From assembly GCF_011386835.1 (NCBI RefSeq), contig NC_088793.1:153946001-154010000 (forward strand): a stretch of 64,000 nt of DNA, read 5' to 3'. The position numbers were made by a program, and so were the translations under genes. Below are positions 22,691-35,287 of this stretch, in pieces. Source of the stretch: Chrysemys picta bellii (Eukaryota). The notes below the pieces were generated by a model, which did not search any database, was not told where the DNA came from, and was given only the letters and a program-made list of their open reading frames with translations. Position 1 is the stretch's first letter; every line of letters begins with the position of its first letter.

Positions 22691-22823
22691 ATGACCATAG
22701 AGGATCTCCCAGAACCTTCCCAAGAAGGAGATTCATTGATTGAAAGATATCAGTTTTTATTCCCAGGCTCTGAAACATCAGTTACTTTTTCAGTTGCAGC
22801 AGCACCAATGCCTTCAGACTGTG
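22691..22823 (+). CDS. CLIP4: CLIP4 coding exon 1 (exon begins 22676; MTIEDLPE...AAPMPSDC)
   Basis: TTAAG acceptor, in-frame TAG 6 nt before the ATG, donor G|GTATGT; matches the recalled CLIP4 N-terminus. Confidence 0.95.
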
Positions 22824-22975
22824 GTATGTATATTTACAGAAGGCAAGTGTTTGTGAAACTACTTTGAGATCATGTGCAGTGCCTGAGTTTGAGAGAGTGA
22901 AGTGAGATTAAAGAATACCATCAATTTAAAAATTATGCTTCTGTCTGAAAATGTATCTACAGTTTATTACAAGTA

Positions 22976-23169
22976 CACCTCTACCCCGATATAACGCGAT
23001 CTGATATAACACGAATTCGGATATAACGCGGTAAAGCAGTGCTCTGGGGGGGGGGGGGGGGGGCTGCGCACTCCGGTGGATCAAAGCAAGTTCGATATAA
23101 TGCGGTTTCACCTATAACGCGGTAAGATTTTTTGGCTCCTAAGGACAGCGTTATATTGAGGTAGAGGTG
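22976..23169. mobile_element. Tc1/mariner-pogo type MITE
   Basis: TIRs CACCTCTACCCCGATATAACG, TA TSD; same family at 25185 and 32419. Confidence 0.85.
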
Positions 23170-25184
23170 TAATACCTGAAATTTCTACAAGTGAAATTAG
23201 TGGAAAAATATTTTCTAGTTTGTACATTTCAAAGCACTTTGTTTGATTTCAGTCAGTTTTGCTATTTCTTCTGCACATTCAGTTACCATGACCTTCACCT
23301 GTTTTTTGTAGGCTCCTCACACGTCAACTTGGAAGTGAAAGTTGTCTAAATTTTTTTTTTTAAAAAAGAAAAGGTCTGTAAATCCACAAAAATTGGTAGG
23401 TTGACTCAAATGCAGGTGCAGTGCCTGAAAATATTTTAAAATCACTTTTAAGAATTTACCAGATTTCTAGTGGGAGAGGCCCCATAAGTACTCCATTTTC
23501 GAAACACACAGTGGGACTTTCAGGGGGAAGAAAACTTCTCTTGGAAACATTGTGTTCATTACTAAGGAGAACAGTATAACTTCCATAAAGATAGTGGAAT
23601 TTGCCTTTTTGAGATATTATTAAATTGTCTTTATATTCATTCTTTGAAAATAGAGTTATATATTTGAAACAGGTTAAATAAATATTGTCCCATTTGATTT
23701 AGTGATTAATTGGAAATGTTTAAGAAAATCTTTACCCTCCCTTCAGATATCAAGGGTGCTTGGGAAGTGTAAAAAGCTATTTTTCAATTCTAGTTTCCCC
23801 AGGCATTGATTCCATATAACATCTTTATTGTACTTCCATGCTGCTGAACACTGTAGTATTCTATGTTCAGGAAAATTAATGTTCTTGAGACCAATCTCAA
23901 TTGCTGGTGTGAGGATCTGGGATTTAAGGTTTTAAGGATTGAACATGCTGTATTTTAATATGTGAATATGTATCTTTTATTGCTTAGTCCCACTTTTTTT
24001 GATAGATCTACTTACTCAATGAGCCAATCATTTCTGCCAGTGATGCTGGCCTAGATTGCCTGTTTTTCCACTTCTCCCTCAAGCACCTCCCTGGTTTCTC
24101 CCATTCTGCACCCTGTGTTTGTGGGAAAACCTCCCTATCTGAATATGTAAAGGCACCACCCTATTCTATATCTTTCCTTAAAATCTTCTTGTGATATGGA
24201 AGCAGGCAGAGCAGGGAAGGGACACAAATCACCAGTTAGGCAGTAGTTAGGCTAGTGGTGAGATGGGACTTCTGTTGTTCTGCTGAACTTCGTTTAAATG
24301 TAACCTCATCTGATCTCCCATACCACATGATTTCTATTTTGTCCACCTGTTGAAGTCTGTTTGAAATCCAAATTGTGAGCTCTCTGGGTCAGGAACTGTC
24401 GTCTTTGTTACTTAGCACAATGGGGCTTGATCCATGTTTGGGGTTCTGGGCAATTCCCTAACGTAAATAATGTAGGGGTTTGCGCTAATATTTATAGACT
24501 CCTATATATGACTTCGTGTTCAAAGTTTTGTTTTTTTGTTACATGCTGAAAGGACTCTGTAAAAATTGAGTCATGGGGTTCATGTTTGTTCTCTTAACTT
24601 TCCATAGCTAAGTTGCTCAGTTTACCAGTTAAAAAGATAATTTCTTTTTAACTACCAGCACCACAAACTAAGTCTGGGATCTGAAAGCTTAACTGTACAC
24701 TTTCTGGTTTGTACATTATTTAACACTACTGCTTCTCCATTCAAATAACAATTCTCTTGCACTTCCAGAGCTGTCTGACGCTATCAGGAATAAAAATTAA
24801 TAACTAACCTTTATTTGTATCAAAATAATAAACAGATTTGAATATGCACCGTGAGTCTGAACTCTACCTTACCAGCTTTATTCCAGCTTCACTCTGAAAC
24901 ACTGTTTTTAACCTATTATAACACTGTAATGGAGAAGAGAATCGGAACAAGTGAGCAGAACTGTCAATAATATAGTTATAACTTCTTCTGTCAGAGGATC
25001 TCAAAGCATTTAACAAATATTTGTTTATTCCTCAACTCTATTGGAGATTTAAGTGTGGCATGTGGCGTTTTCATTTTAGATTTTGGGGGAAACTGAGGCA
25101 TGGGACGATGAAGGGCATTATCCTCTTTTTCACTAAACGTGAAGAGACTTACCAAAAGTCTCACAGGGCATTAGTGTACTAGTA

Positions 25185-25919
25185 CACCTCTACCCTGATA
25201 TAACGCGGTCCTCGGGAGCCAAAAAATCTTACCGTGTTATAGGTGAAACCACGTTATATCGGGTAGGGAAGGCTGTACCTCCCCAAACAGCCTGGCCCCG
25301 CCGCCATCCGACCCCCACCTATTTCCCACCTCCTGGGTGACCCCTCAGAACCTCCGACCCATCCAACCCCCCCCCCGCTCCTTGTCCCCTGACCGCCTCC
25401 CAAGACCCTCTGCCCCTTATCCAACGCCCCAGCCTGGCACCCTTAACACGCTTCTCAGAGCAGCGTGTCAGAGCCGTCCCTAGAGGGGGTGCGGGGCCCG
25501 GGACAAATCAGCCTCCCCGCTAGTCTCCTCACTGTCCGCCCAGCGCTCCCGCCCGGCCGCCGCTCGTGTCCTCACCCCACCTACCCGCCACCCACCCATC
25601 ACTCGCCTCCCCGCTAGTCTCCTCATCGTCTGTCCGGCACGTCTCCCTGCCTCCGCCCACCCGCCGCTCTCCTAGCAGTCTTCCCACCCGCCTGCCTCCT
25701 CACCCCCCTCCTGCCTGCCGCTCCCCATTCGCCTCCTCACCCCGCTTGCCCACCCACCTCCAGCCTGCCTCCCACCCTTAACACGCCACTCAGAGCCGCG
25801 TGTCGGAGCCAAACACGCTGACCCCCCAGAACGCACAGCCCCGCCCCCTAGAGCGCTGCTTCACCGCAATTTCTGCGAACCCATGTTATATCGGGTCGCG
25901 TTATATCGGGGTAGGGGTG
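25185..25919. mobile_element. Tc1/mariner-pogo type MITE with C-rich internal insertion
   Basis: Same TIRs as the 22976 copy, TA TSD; internal 38-bp direct repeats flank a C-rich block. Confidence 0.8.
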
Positions 25920-27805
25920 TAGTAGAGAAACCCATTCCTGTTGACTTGCAATCCCATGCTTTAGCCATTAGATTATGTAGCCACTGTGATGAGTACAAAG
26001 ATGCCATTTTACAGTCACCTGTTTAACCATAACCATACCAAAATGGTCGTTATTTCTGCTCAGCCTGGATACTCTCGCTGATTACCTCTTAATGGTATCT
26101 AGAGCTTAGCTTCAGCAATGTGTGTGCGCCTTGAGAGAGCAGGTACTGGGTAAGAACCAAGGGTATTGGATCTGCTTTTTAGCCTCCTATCAGATCCTTT
26201 CTTCCTGTGTATGGTGGTGGTTGTGCTGTTTATCTGTCAGGTTTATAAAACGTTTTACTGTTTACTGGTATGGATATCATAGCTGGTGAACTGGTATACG
26301 CTTTTTATTAGTTTCTCTCCTCAGTATTTGTTTGGGATACTATAGTTTTTTTTATCCAAATGGTTGTTATGTTATATTAAAAAGTTGCCTTCCAGTACAT
26401 AATAGAGAAACAACTTCCTAGCAGTTTAGAGATCTGGAGGAGATACATGGGAGATAATCATGGCTAGGCCACTGTCTGCTTGTGACTTGCTGTGATAGCT
26501 TTCAGCATGAGATTTTCTTGGGCCCAGAAAGAGGATAAATGTAATGGGTACGTTCTACTTATTCCCAAAGCTATATGATTTGTTGGTGCAGGGTGGCTTG
26601 TGTTAAGAAGCAAGGCTTGAGTGGTGCTGAGAGTTGAGATTTTTGACAGAATTTGGATTTGAATTAGAATTGCTAAGTGATAAATAGCTTTGAAGCTCTA
26701 CACTGTTTTCTGCCCTTTGGAGTCAAGGGGACGTGATGAAAGAAGCTTTAGAATATTGATGTGTGCGCACCTCATTTGCTTTCTCTCTTGACCCAATTGA
26801 AGTTGTGGTGAGTCTCACTTTTTTTGGGAAAAGTCATGGCGATGCATCCAGAGGTAGTTTATACCATCTCAACTCCTCCAGTGTCATGCTCTCAGCCCTG
26901 TCCCAGAAGTCTGAGACCTATATTTACTCAGAGTAATATCTCTGTCCAGCTAGCCCTGTATCTGCAACTGATGCAAGACAAGTTGACATTTTGTGCATTC
27001 ATTATAAACCTTTTAGAAGGCAGCACCATAGTAGCCTTTGGGGTGATAAAAGTTCAGTGATTTCCAGTTTCCAATCACTGGCTGAGTAAGACACATCTAG
27101 TTTCCATTCCTCCTGCAAATAATCATAGCTATCCAAATTCTTATTTTCAGGGTTTAAAAATTTTCACTAATACACAGCATACTACCTTGTGTTGGTGGGG
27201 GACATACATAGGTTTTTAATCTGGAAGACTGTATCTTTGATGCCTGCATTTTGGGTTGTAGTGAATGCCTTTTCCTTATTATCCTGATTATTCTTTATTT
27301 CTGTTCTCCTGGATGTCATGTATAAGTGTGCATAGTTTTTCTGTGATATTATTTTTTTGGGGAGGGAGGGGCAGGTTCATAACGTTGAGTAAGCAAGTGC
27401 AAGTTCCATCACTGTAATTGAATCTACTAAGGGCTTGTCTGCGCTCAAGAATAGCTTTGATTCGGCAGTCTGTGACCAGCCTGAAGCATGGGTAAATGTC
27501 TGTTAGCATAATTGTTGCAAACACTTGTATGTCCTTGTCTAAACTTAAAACTCAGCCCCAGAGCACCAATACAGCTATACTGATTGCTGAATCATGGCTT
27601 TCGCAAAGTGTAGATAAGGCCTCAATGAGAAGAAAAGATAAAAAGTTAAGGGAAGAGGCTGAATTTGCTTGTGATTCTGAAGTTCAGATCTGTGCATCTC
27701 CTCTCTACTTCTTGCCTCAAAAAAGTTTTGAAAAGTAGATGCATTATTGAAGCATTTTAATACCCAAATTTGTGTATAATACTCCAAATCTTTTCTTAAA
27801 AACAG

Positions 27806-27945
27806 AGTTCTCCTTCTTCGATCCTAATGATGCAGCATGCCAAGAAATTCTTTTCAACCCTAAGACATCAGTCTCTGAATTGTTCGCCATCTTACGGCAA
27901 TGGGTCCCACAGGTCCAGCAGAACATCGATATAATTGGAAATGAG
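27806..27945 (+). CDS. CLIP4: CLIP4 coding exon 2 (EFSFFDPNDAACQEILF...NIDIIGNE)
   Basis: AACAG acceptor, GAG|GTGAGG donor, phase 1 to 0. Confidence 0.96.
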
Positions 27946-28674
27946 GTGAGGAATGAAGGAGGATTCCTGAACAGTTTCAGTGTTCAAGAAAAATGGTATA
28001 GTGTTGATAATGATCAGAACTGATCTTATTCAATAGCTGAAATAATAGGTTCAAGAGATTGTTTTTGCCTTATAGCACATAGCTACTGACCAGTATAACA
28101 GTGATATAGGCACCATTCGTCGAGGTGACATTCAGCTATCTTTGCGAAAGAGAAGGAAGATCAGTATATAACTATTCAAGAAAATTGTGAGAAGGAAGCA
28201 AGTATGGGTTGAAGAAACAAATAGAGAAATTCTTTTTGGAACTAAAATGATTAGGATTTCCCATCTTCCACTTTTCTGTTTACAGTAACTTTTAAAATTC
28301 TGACAAAGGTGGGACTTGCAAAAGCAACTAAGTCACTTGGAAGCTGAAGTCTTTTTCCTTATTTCATCAGGTTGTGTAGGCTTTTCCAGATAGTCCAGCA
28401 TGCATTCTTCGTACAGCATCATAACTACAGGTTTTATCAGGGTCCTGGGGGACCAAACGATTAAAATGTTGGTGAGGAAGCAAAATTAGTGTTTTAAACA
28501 GATTTAGTTTTCCTGGGATGCATTGCATCTGAACTGGAACAGTTAGCTCTTCAACACATTAAAGCCAAGCTGGTGCTAATGATGGAAAAATGATATAAAA
28601 CCAGTAAGCACTGAAGGTTAATAATGATAGATACAAATGACTAAGTATCCATTTTGCTGAGTTATGTATAACTA

Positions 28675-29069
28675 CAGTAGAACCTCAGAGTTACGAACAC
28701 CTCGGGAATGGAGGTTGTTTGTAACTTTGAACAAAACATTATGGTTGTTCTTTCAAAAGTTTACAATGGAATGTTGACTTAATAGAGCTTTGAAACTTTA
28801 TTATGCAGAAGAAAAATGCTGCTTTTAACCATCTTAATTTAAATGAAACAAGCACAGAAAGTTTCCTTACCTTGTCAAATCTTTTTTTAAACTTTCCTTG
28901 TATTTTTTTAGTAGTTTACATTTAACACAGTACTGTGCTGTATAGTATTTGCTCTTTTTTTTTTTTTTTTGGTCTCTGCTGCCTGATTGGGCACTTGCGG
29001 TTCCAAATGAGATGTGTGGTTGACTGGTCAATTTGTAACTCTGGTGTTTGTAACTCTGAGATTCTACTG
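28675..29069. mobile_element. Tigger/pogo-like MITE
   Basis: TIRs CAGTAGAACCTCAGAGTTAC / GTAACTCTGAGATTCTACTG, TA TSD. Confidence 0.82.
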
Positions 29070-29194
29070 TACGTTGCACTGGTAATGCACTTTAGCAAAC
29101 TGCTTTGCTAGTCTCCACTGCAACAAATGCATAAGTCTATGTGTGAAAGCAGAATTTATTCAATAATTACACCAGTTGTGCTGTTTTTCTGCAG

Positions 29195-29288
29195 ATCATT
29201 AAGAGAGGCTGCAGTGTGAATGATAGAGATGGACTGACTGATATGACTCTCTTACATTACACCTGCAAGTCAGGGGCTCATGGTATTG
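29195..29288 (+). CDS. CLIP4: CLIP4 coding exon 3 (IIKRGCSVNDRDGLTDMTLLHYTCKSGAHGI; ankyrin repeat)
   Basis: GCAG acceptor, G|GTGAGT donor, phase 0 to 1. Confidence 0.96.
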
Positions 29289-29996
29289 GTGAGTAAAGAA
29301 AAATAGAAATTAGAAATGGAACTGTTTGCCTTGATAAATCAGAGTCTACCCCTCTTCCGTTTGAAAATTGTTCCTTATAGTAAATTTGCTAGTGCTTAGC
29401 CTTAACTCTTGTAAACATTTTATTTGTACAGTGCCTTAATGGCTGTTAGAAGGGATGATTCAGAAATTATTTTATGTATTAATACCAATTAAAAAAACTA
29501 AACATAACCGAGAGGTTTCTCGCTTGGTAATATTGAAATCTCAGGCTCCTTGGGAGAGAAAAGGAATTTTTGATTGCATTTCATGTACATTTATAGGAAA
29601 TAAGAGTGCATTTAGCCCTCTCTTTCTTGTTGACTCCTGTTGGCTTTTATCAAATACCTTTTTACACTGATACTGAACCCAGTTGTCCACTCTGCTCCAG
29701 CAAAAGGAGGTGGGTTGGCTGATGGAGCTTTAACTTTGCTGGCAGAAGGTCTGAAAATTAGGCATTGTGGAGCCTCACTCCACCACCTCCCTGACCTGTC
29801 TCTGATGCCTAATTTTCAAGAGAGCCTTTTTGTAGCAAAATGTCTTTCTATAGGCTTTGCTCTGTGTAGCCATAATTTGGAACACAAAGGTTTTCTAATG
29901 CATTATATGTGATATCTAGGCTGGTATATTTATACCATACTATTAAACTCTTAACTAACATTTAAAACAACTTTTTTAAAAAAATCTGCTTTACAG

Positions 29997-30158
29997 GTGA
30001 TGTTGAGACTGCTGCCAAATTTGCCTCTCACCTTATTGATCTGGGTGCAGATACCAGTTTGCGTAGTCGCTGGACAAATATGAATGCTTTGCATTATGCT
30101 GCCTACTTTGATGTTCCAGAACTTATTAGAGTTATTTTGAAAAATGCAAAGCCCAAAG
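29997..30158 (+). CDS. CLIP4: CLIP4 coding exon 4 (DVETAAKF...WTNMNALHYAAYFDVPELIRVILKNAKPK; ankyrin repeat)
   Basis: TTACAG acceptor, G|GTAGGT donor, phase 1 to 1. Confidence 0.96.
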
Positions 30159-32418
30159 GTAGGTATTATCAAGTATCAGTTTTCTTAGATAATATGCCAT
30201 TCTGCCTTTCAGTTAACTGACCCATCCAGTAAATGGGGTTGTGTAGGCATAGATGAAAGCTGCACTTTCCCATAATTTTTTTTTAAAGTAATTTCTCATT
30301 CTCTTTAGTTTGCTTTTTTGGACCATTTTCTCTGAACTGAGTTTATGTTGTAGTGCATAGGCCAGGTTGTTTTTAAAGAAGAGGGAGTATGATGGGATCA
30401 GACTTCATAAATAGTGAATGGGAAGTGAGGGAATGGGGGCGGGGGGAGGGTAATATAACATCAGTTTACTTACCTCTAAACTTTTGCTGACAGAGTGAAA
30501 GAGCAGATGTGAAGAAACAAGCACAACTGTTCTATTTGTGAAATCTCAGGCTTTCTGAGGGTGCCTTTATGATCAAGAGGCAGACTCAGAAAGGAAGAAG
30601 CAGGCTATGGGGTAGATCAGTTCTGGAGTACATAACAGAAGGTGAAAAAGATGCATGTTGCTAGCAATTGGAGCTGCTATTGATGTGTTCATATGTCTCA
30701 CCTCCACCGCCCATTTAAAAATGAAGCAACTAAAGTGTCATATCTGAGATAGTAAAATGGGTACAGATTGGGATGGGAAACTCCACTGGTAGTTATAAAT
30801 GCATTTAAAGTTCTGCAAATAATAGTATAAATTAATAATCAAAGTCTAACCCAGTATATTAATGCAAAAGGTAACTGACACTGGTTTCTGAAGCAGAAGC
30901 CAATATTACTGTGTTCCTAATCTGCATGAATATCTACACCAATAAACAGTTTGTGCATTGTACTAAATAAACATTCTTCTGGTTGTGCTGTCTTGTAGAG
31001 TTGTCAGATGCCTCTTTTTAACTAGCGGTAATTAAAAAGACTTCATTTTTAGAACTGAAAAGATGTCCTTTTATAAATATTGACAACTTAATACCCCATT
31101 TTATATCTAAAAACGTCATGTAGACACACAGGGTTTGTTTACCAGATCTTGCATAAGGAATTGTCAGAGTATTCATCCATAAGCATAGGTGCTAGTGACT
31201 GCTTTAGCATCTCTCAAAAACAAATGGAGGGTGGGCGGGCGCTCATATCTAGGGGTACAATTAAAAGGCAAAGTCCTGGATTCTGGTGTTGTAGCGAGCT
31301 CCTTTCCCTTTGAATCCCTGTCACCGCTTGAGGAAAGCCTGGATCTTTCCACAGTGCTCGAACGCTAGTCAGAATTCTCCCTTCTAATGCACCATATTTC
31401 CTGAGAGTCTAGGGGCAACGAACTGTAGCCAGCAACAAGAGACAAACCACTATTGCTCATGTTCAAAAAAGCAGTCAACATCATGTTGCAACAGCCCCCC
31501 CCCCCCCCCCCCCCATGACTTGCAGCAGCAGAATGGCTCTTGTGCCAAACACCTGGCCTCGTACTTGTTCAGTTCTCATGCACAGCTGCTCCAAGGAAGG
31601 GCAGGGTTTTGTCCAGACATCAAAGAAAAGGTATCTGGGCAAATGACGTGCCCCTCATCAGCTCCCATATGCGTAACACCCACAACCTAAGAAAAATGTG
31701 ATTGCCCTAAGATGTTTATAAAACAATCTGCCTGGCACAGTTTCTATTAGTTGACTTAATGTGTCAGGAGGTTTGGATTAGTGTAAGAGATACTCTTAAC
31801 ATTTGGGGAACAAGACTTAATTGGGCAGACTGTTCCATAAGAATGTGGTTGCTATTTCATTTCAGATCTTGTGGAGAAACAAGTATGCATGTACAAACAA
31901 AACATAGGTTTTTTTTGGTTTGCAGTGAGCTGTGTGGAGGGACCCAAGTGTACCTTGGAGGGGTCCATACTGTTCTGGAAAAAAAAGTCACAAGATTTAC
32001 GTAACCTTTCAAGCAAAAGGTGTAATGAGTATGGCATGAATTTAGAAACACTCTTCCAAAGAAGAACCAGTTACCACGAGTTTGATTTACTGCAGCAGTA
32101 AAATGCCCTGCATGCCTTCATGTTATAATCTCAATTCTAAGAATTTTAGAGTGAACCTATATAGAGAACTGGTTTATCCTCAAATTGGCAAACATATTCA
32201 GATATGAGAACTGTTTCATTCCTTCGGAATGAAATAATGTTTTTATGTGTCATGCTTCTGGTATATAATCCCATATACATCATTCACAACAAACTGTATT
32301 GCTGCATATTTCTTTCCCTTCAGATAGTTCCCACGTAATTATACAGGCCACCTAGTTAAGCTGGAAATGTGTGTAAACATGCCTCCAGGTTTTGTCTATG
32401 TACTTTTGTTTTCATACA

Positions 32419-32613
32419 CACCTCTACCCCGATATAACGTGACCTGATATAACACGAATTTGGATATAACGCGGTAAAGCAGTACTCGGGGGGTGGGGGT
32501 GGGGAGGCTGCGCCCTCCGGCGGATCAAAGCAAGTTCGATATAACGCGGTGTCACCTATAACGCGGTAAGATATTTTGGCTCCCGAGGACAGCGTTCTAT
32601 CGGGATAGGGGTG
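32419..32613. mobile_element. Tc1/mariner-pogo type MITE
   Basis: Near-copy of 22976-23169 with the same TIRs. Confidence 0.85.
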
Positions 32614-33894
32614 TATGTTGTGCAAATTTACAAAGTCTATGTACAATGCAATAAAGGGGTAATGCTAATAATCTCAAAGTGTGTGACTAAGTTTTGAGGA
32701 CATGATGGTGGTCTGATAGATATATTTGCAGGCTTTCATTAAAAAAAAAAAAAAAAAAAAAAAAGACTGGATTTTCAGAGGTGCCGAACACCTGTAACTC
32801 TCATTGACTTTAGTTGGTGATGTCTGTATTTAGCACTTCTGAAAATCAGGCCATATATGGACATGGAAATGTCTGGTTGGTAACCTAACTAGGCATGCAA
32901 ATTTGCCTGGTTTTATAGATGGATTATCTTAGATATTTTACTGATAATAGTAATTTCAAGCTCATATATAAAGGTACCTAGTTCACATTGGTGTAGTCCC
33001 ATTTCAAACAGGACTATGTTAACGCAAAATAGATACTTTTTAAAGTATGTCAGCAGGGTCTACATGGGGCAGTTAGAATGCAACACATTAGAGCACTGGT
33101 GTGCTTTGATATGCCATGTATACAACCTTTCTGAAGTTAGATAGCTCAGAGTTGAAAGGTTCTGTGTCCATTTTCATGGCCACTGGTTCAAATTTGAACT
33201 AGATTAGTAACATCTGAAAGTCACATGAAGGTTGCTTGGTACCGTATGTGAAATGAGTTGGAGTTGTGGACAAATGTCTACATCCTGAACTGGCACCCAT
33301 TTTGTTAGCCTCAGTGTTGATGCCAAAGATTGCTTGGATATTGAGACTGAACTCTTTTCTATCAGATAAAAGTAATTGCTCCAAAAGGAGGTTGAGGCAC
33401 ATTGGGGTAATCTGGGGGAATTTATATTATACTGTACCCATTCTTGATTGGATTATAACATTTCATTCTGTAAACTGTCAATCTAAGACCCTTTATTATC
33501 ACTAATTCATTTGCTTTTTATGAAGTAAATACAGGAAGCAGGGGTGCAATCAGTGTTTGCCCAATAAAAAAGAACACAGTTGTGTGGAAAATGCACCTTT
33601 TTCAAAGTTTTTACATGTTTAAACAACGAATAGAAATATAAATGGACAAGCATCTTGTTACTTACCCAGAATGCTCAGTCTTAGATGCGATGTGCTATTT
33701 AGCTATTATTAGTTAGCATTATTCAATGACAGGAGGTAACTAAGGTAGAAGATGGGAGTTTGTAAAGAATATATATGTGTGTGTGTCTATATATGTAACT
33801 AGCATCTGGGTTACAGATAATAGTGCTTATTTATATGTTGAAATGTTTCAAGTAACACCTCTTCCATTCTCACTCATGTGATGTTTAATTGCAG

Positions 33895-34013
33895 ATGTGG
33901 ATGCCACCTGCAGTGACTTTGATTTTGGAACGGCTTTGCATATTGCTGCGTTTAACTTGTGTACTGCAGCAGTGAAGTGTTTACTGGAACATGGAGCGAA
34001 TCCTGCCTTTAGG
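33895..34013 (+). CDS. CLIP4: CLIP4 coding exon 5 (DVDATCSDFDFGTALHIAAFNLCTAAVKCLLEHGANPAFR; ankyrin repeat)
   Basis: GCAG acceptor, AGG|GTAAGG donor, phase 1 to 0. Confidence 0.96.
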
Positions 34014-34074
34014 GTAAGGTGTAAGATTTCAGATGAATCAAAAGGATGAAAAGTAATTATTTTGACAGTTTAAT

Positions 34075-34887
34075 GTTGCTGTAGCCAGGTTGGTCTCAGG
34101 ATATGAGCAAGACAAGGTAGCAAAGATATCTTTTATTGGATCAACTTCTGTTGGCGAAAGGTTCAAGCTTTCAAAACTACCCAGAGTTCTTAATGTCTGG
34201 GGAAAGAAATAGCGTTTCTGTGCTAAATACAAGTTGGGACACAGTTAAGCATAATGGGTAACGTTAGGAGGTCCCTTGAAATAGGCCTGGTCTACACTGG
34301 TGGGGAGGAGGGTGATCGATCTAAGTTACGCAACTTCAGCTACGTGAATAATGTAGCTGAAGTCGACGTACTTAGATCTACTTACTGTGGTGTCTTCACT
34401 GCAGTAAGTCGATGGCTGACGCTCTCCCGTCGACTCCGCCTGCGCTTCTTGCCCGGGTGGAGTACCGGAGTCAGCAGGAGAGCACTCGGTGATCGATTTA
34501 TCGTGGCTAGACTAGACGCGATAAATTGACCCCCGCTGGATCGATTGCTGCCTGTTCATCCAGCGGGTAATGTAGACAAGCCCATGGAGTGGGCAATAAG
34601 GGTTAGATTGTTTATGCAAAGGGGTTTGATGTGGGCCATTGAGGGTTAGCAGGCTGGTGTGTGTTAGGTTGTTGTAATGAGCCATGTCCTTGGTTTTAGT
34701 GTCTAGCAGTGTTATGAATTTAAGTTTCCAGGCTTGACTTTTGAAGGTGTTGCACAGATTTTCTTTAAGGATGAGTGTTGAAAGGTCAGATATGCAGTGA
34801 TCACTTGTGAAGAGTGGTGGTCCATAGGTGTAAGGGATTTTTTGTCTTTTATGATTTTTCTGTGCGAGTTCATTCAAGAGTGTAGTG
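34075..34887 (-). mobile_element. Penelope-like element 3' fragment (GIY-YIG C-terminus plus pseudo-LTR)
   Basis: Minus translation SDHCISDLSTLILKENLCNTFKSQAWKLKFITLLDTK...MAHYNNL, followed by a terminal region with a degenerate hammerhead and AATAAA. Confidence 0.78.
34284..34582. mobile_element. PIF/Harbinger non-autonomous element nested in Penelope
   Basis: TIRs GGCCTGGTCTACACT / ATGTAGACAAGCC; body homologous to 43765-44045. Confidence 0.8.
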
Positions 34888-35254
34888 TCTTCGACTACAA
34901 GAAAGGGACCGAGAGACTTTATCCGTTGGGCCAAATGAACTGGAACCATAAACTCCCTGCACATTAAATCTCACCAAATGAGGGTCAACTCATCCTCATC
35001 ATCGTATCCACTCATTATACTCAACACCCGAACATAGCTATTACATGAATATCATACCCTCATATCTCAATGTCTGTACTTTGACCCGTCAACCTTTTAC
35101 CCCCAATCAGGGATATTGCAGATTATGTATTCCTTATGCCACCTGATCTTAAGCTGAACTTCGCACCCCTTGATAATCTGTACGTTATTCCCTGATAATC
35201 AGAAACTTCTATGCTTAAACTCTGTACTGTTCACTTTTTTTAAACATCATTTTA
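34888..35254 (+). mobile_element. Utopia 3' UTR-only fragment
   Basis: Aligns by eye to the reverse complement of about 15556-15920 (the 3' UTR of the larger Utopia copy), with scattered substitutions. Confidence 0.88.
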
Positions 35255-35287
35255 ATTGACTGTCATTTAAGAAAACTTGTATGCAGT

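Noticed and set aside
27496-28023. ORFs overlapping CLIP4 coding exon 2
   Set aside because: Intronic read-through around the real exon; splice phases define 27806-27945.
31200-31700. GC-elevated intronic patch with a C18 run
   Set aside because: No TIR, LTR, ORF or splice signals I can support; left unassigned.
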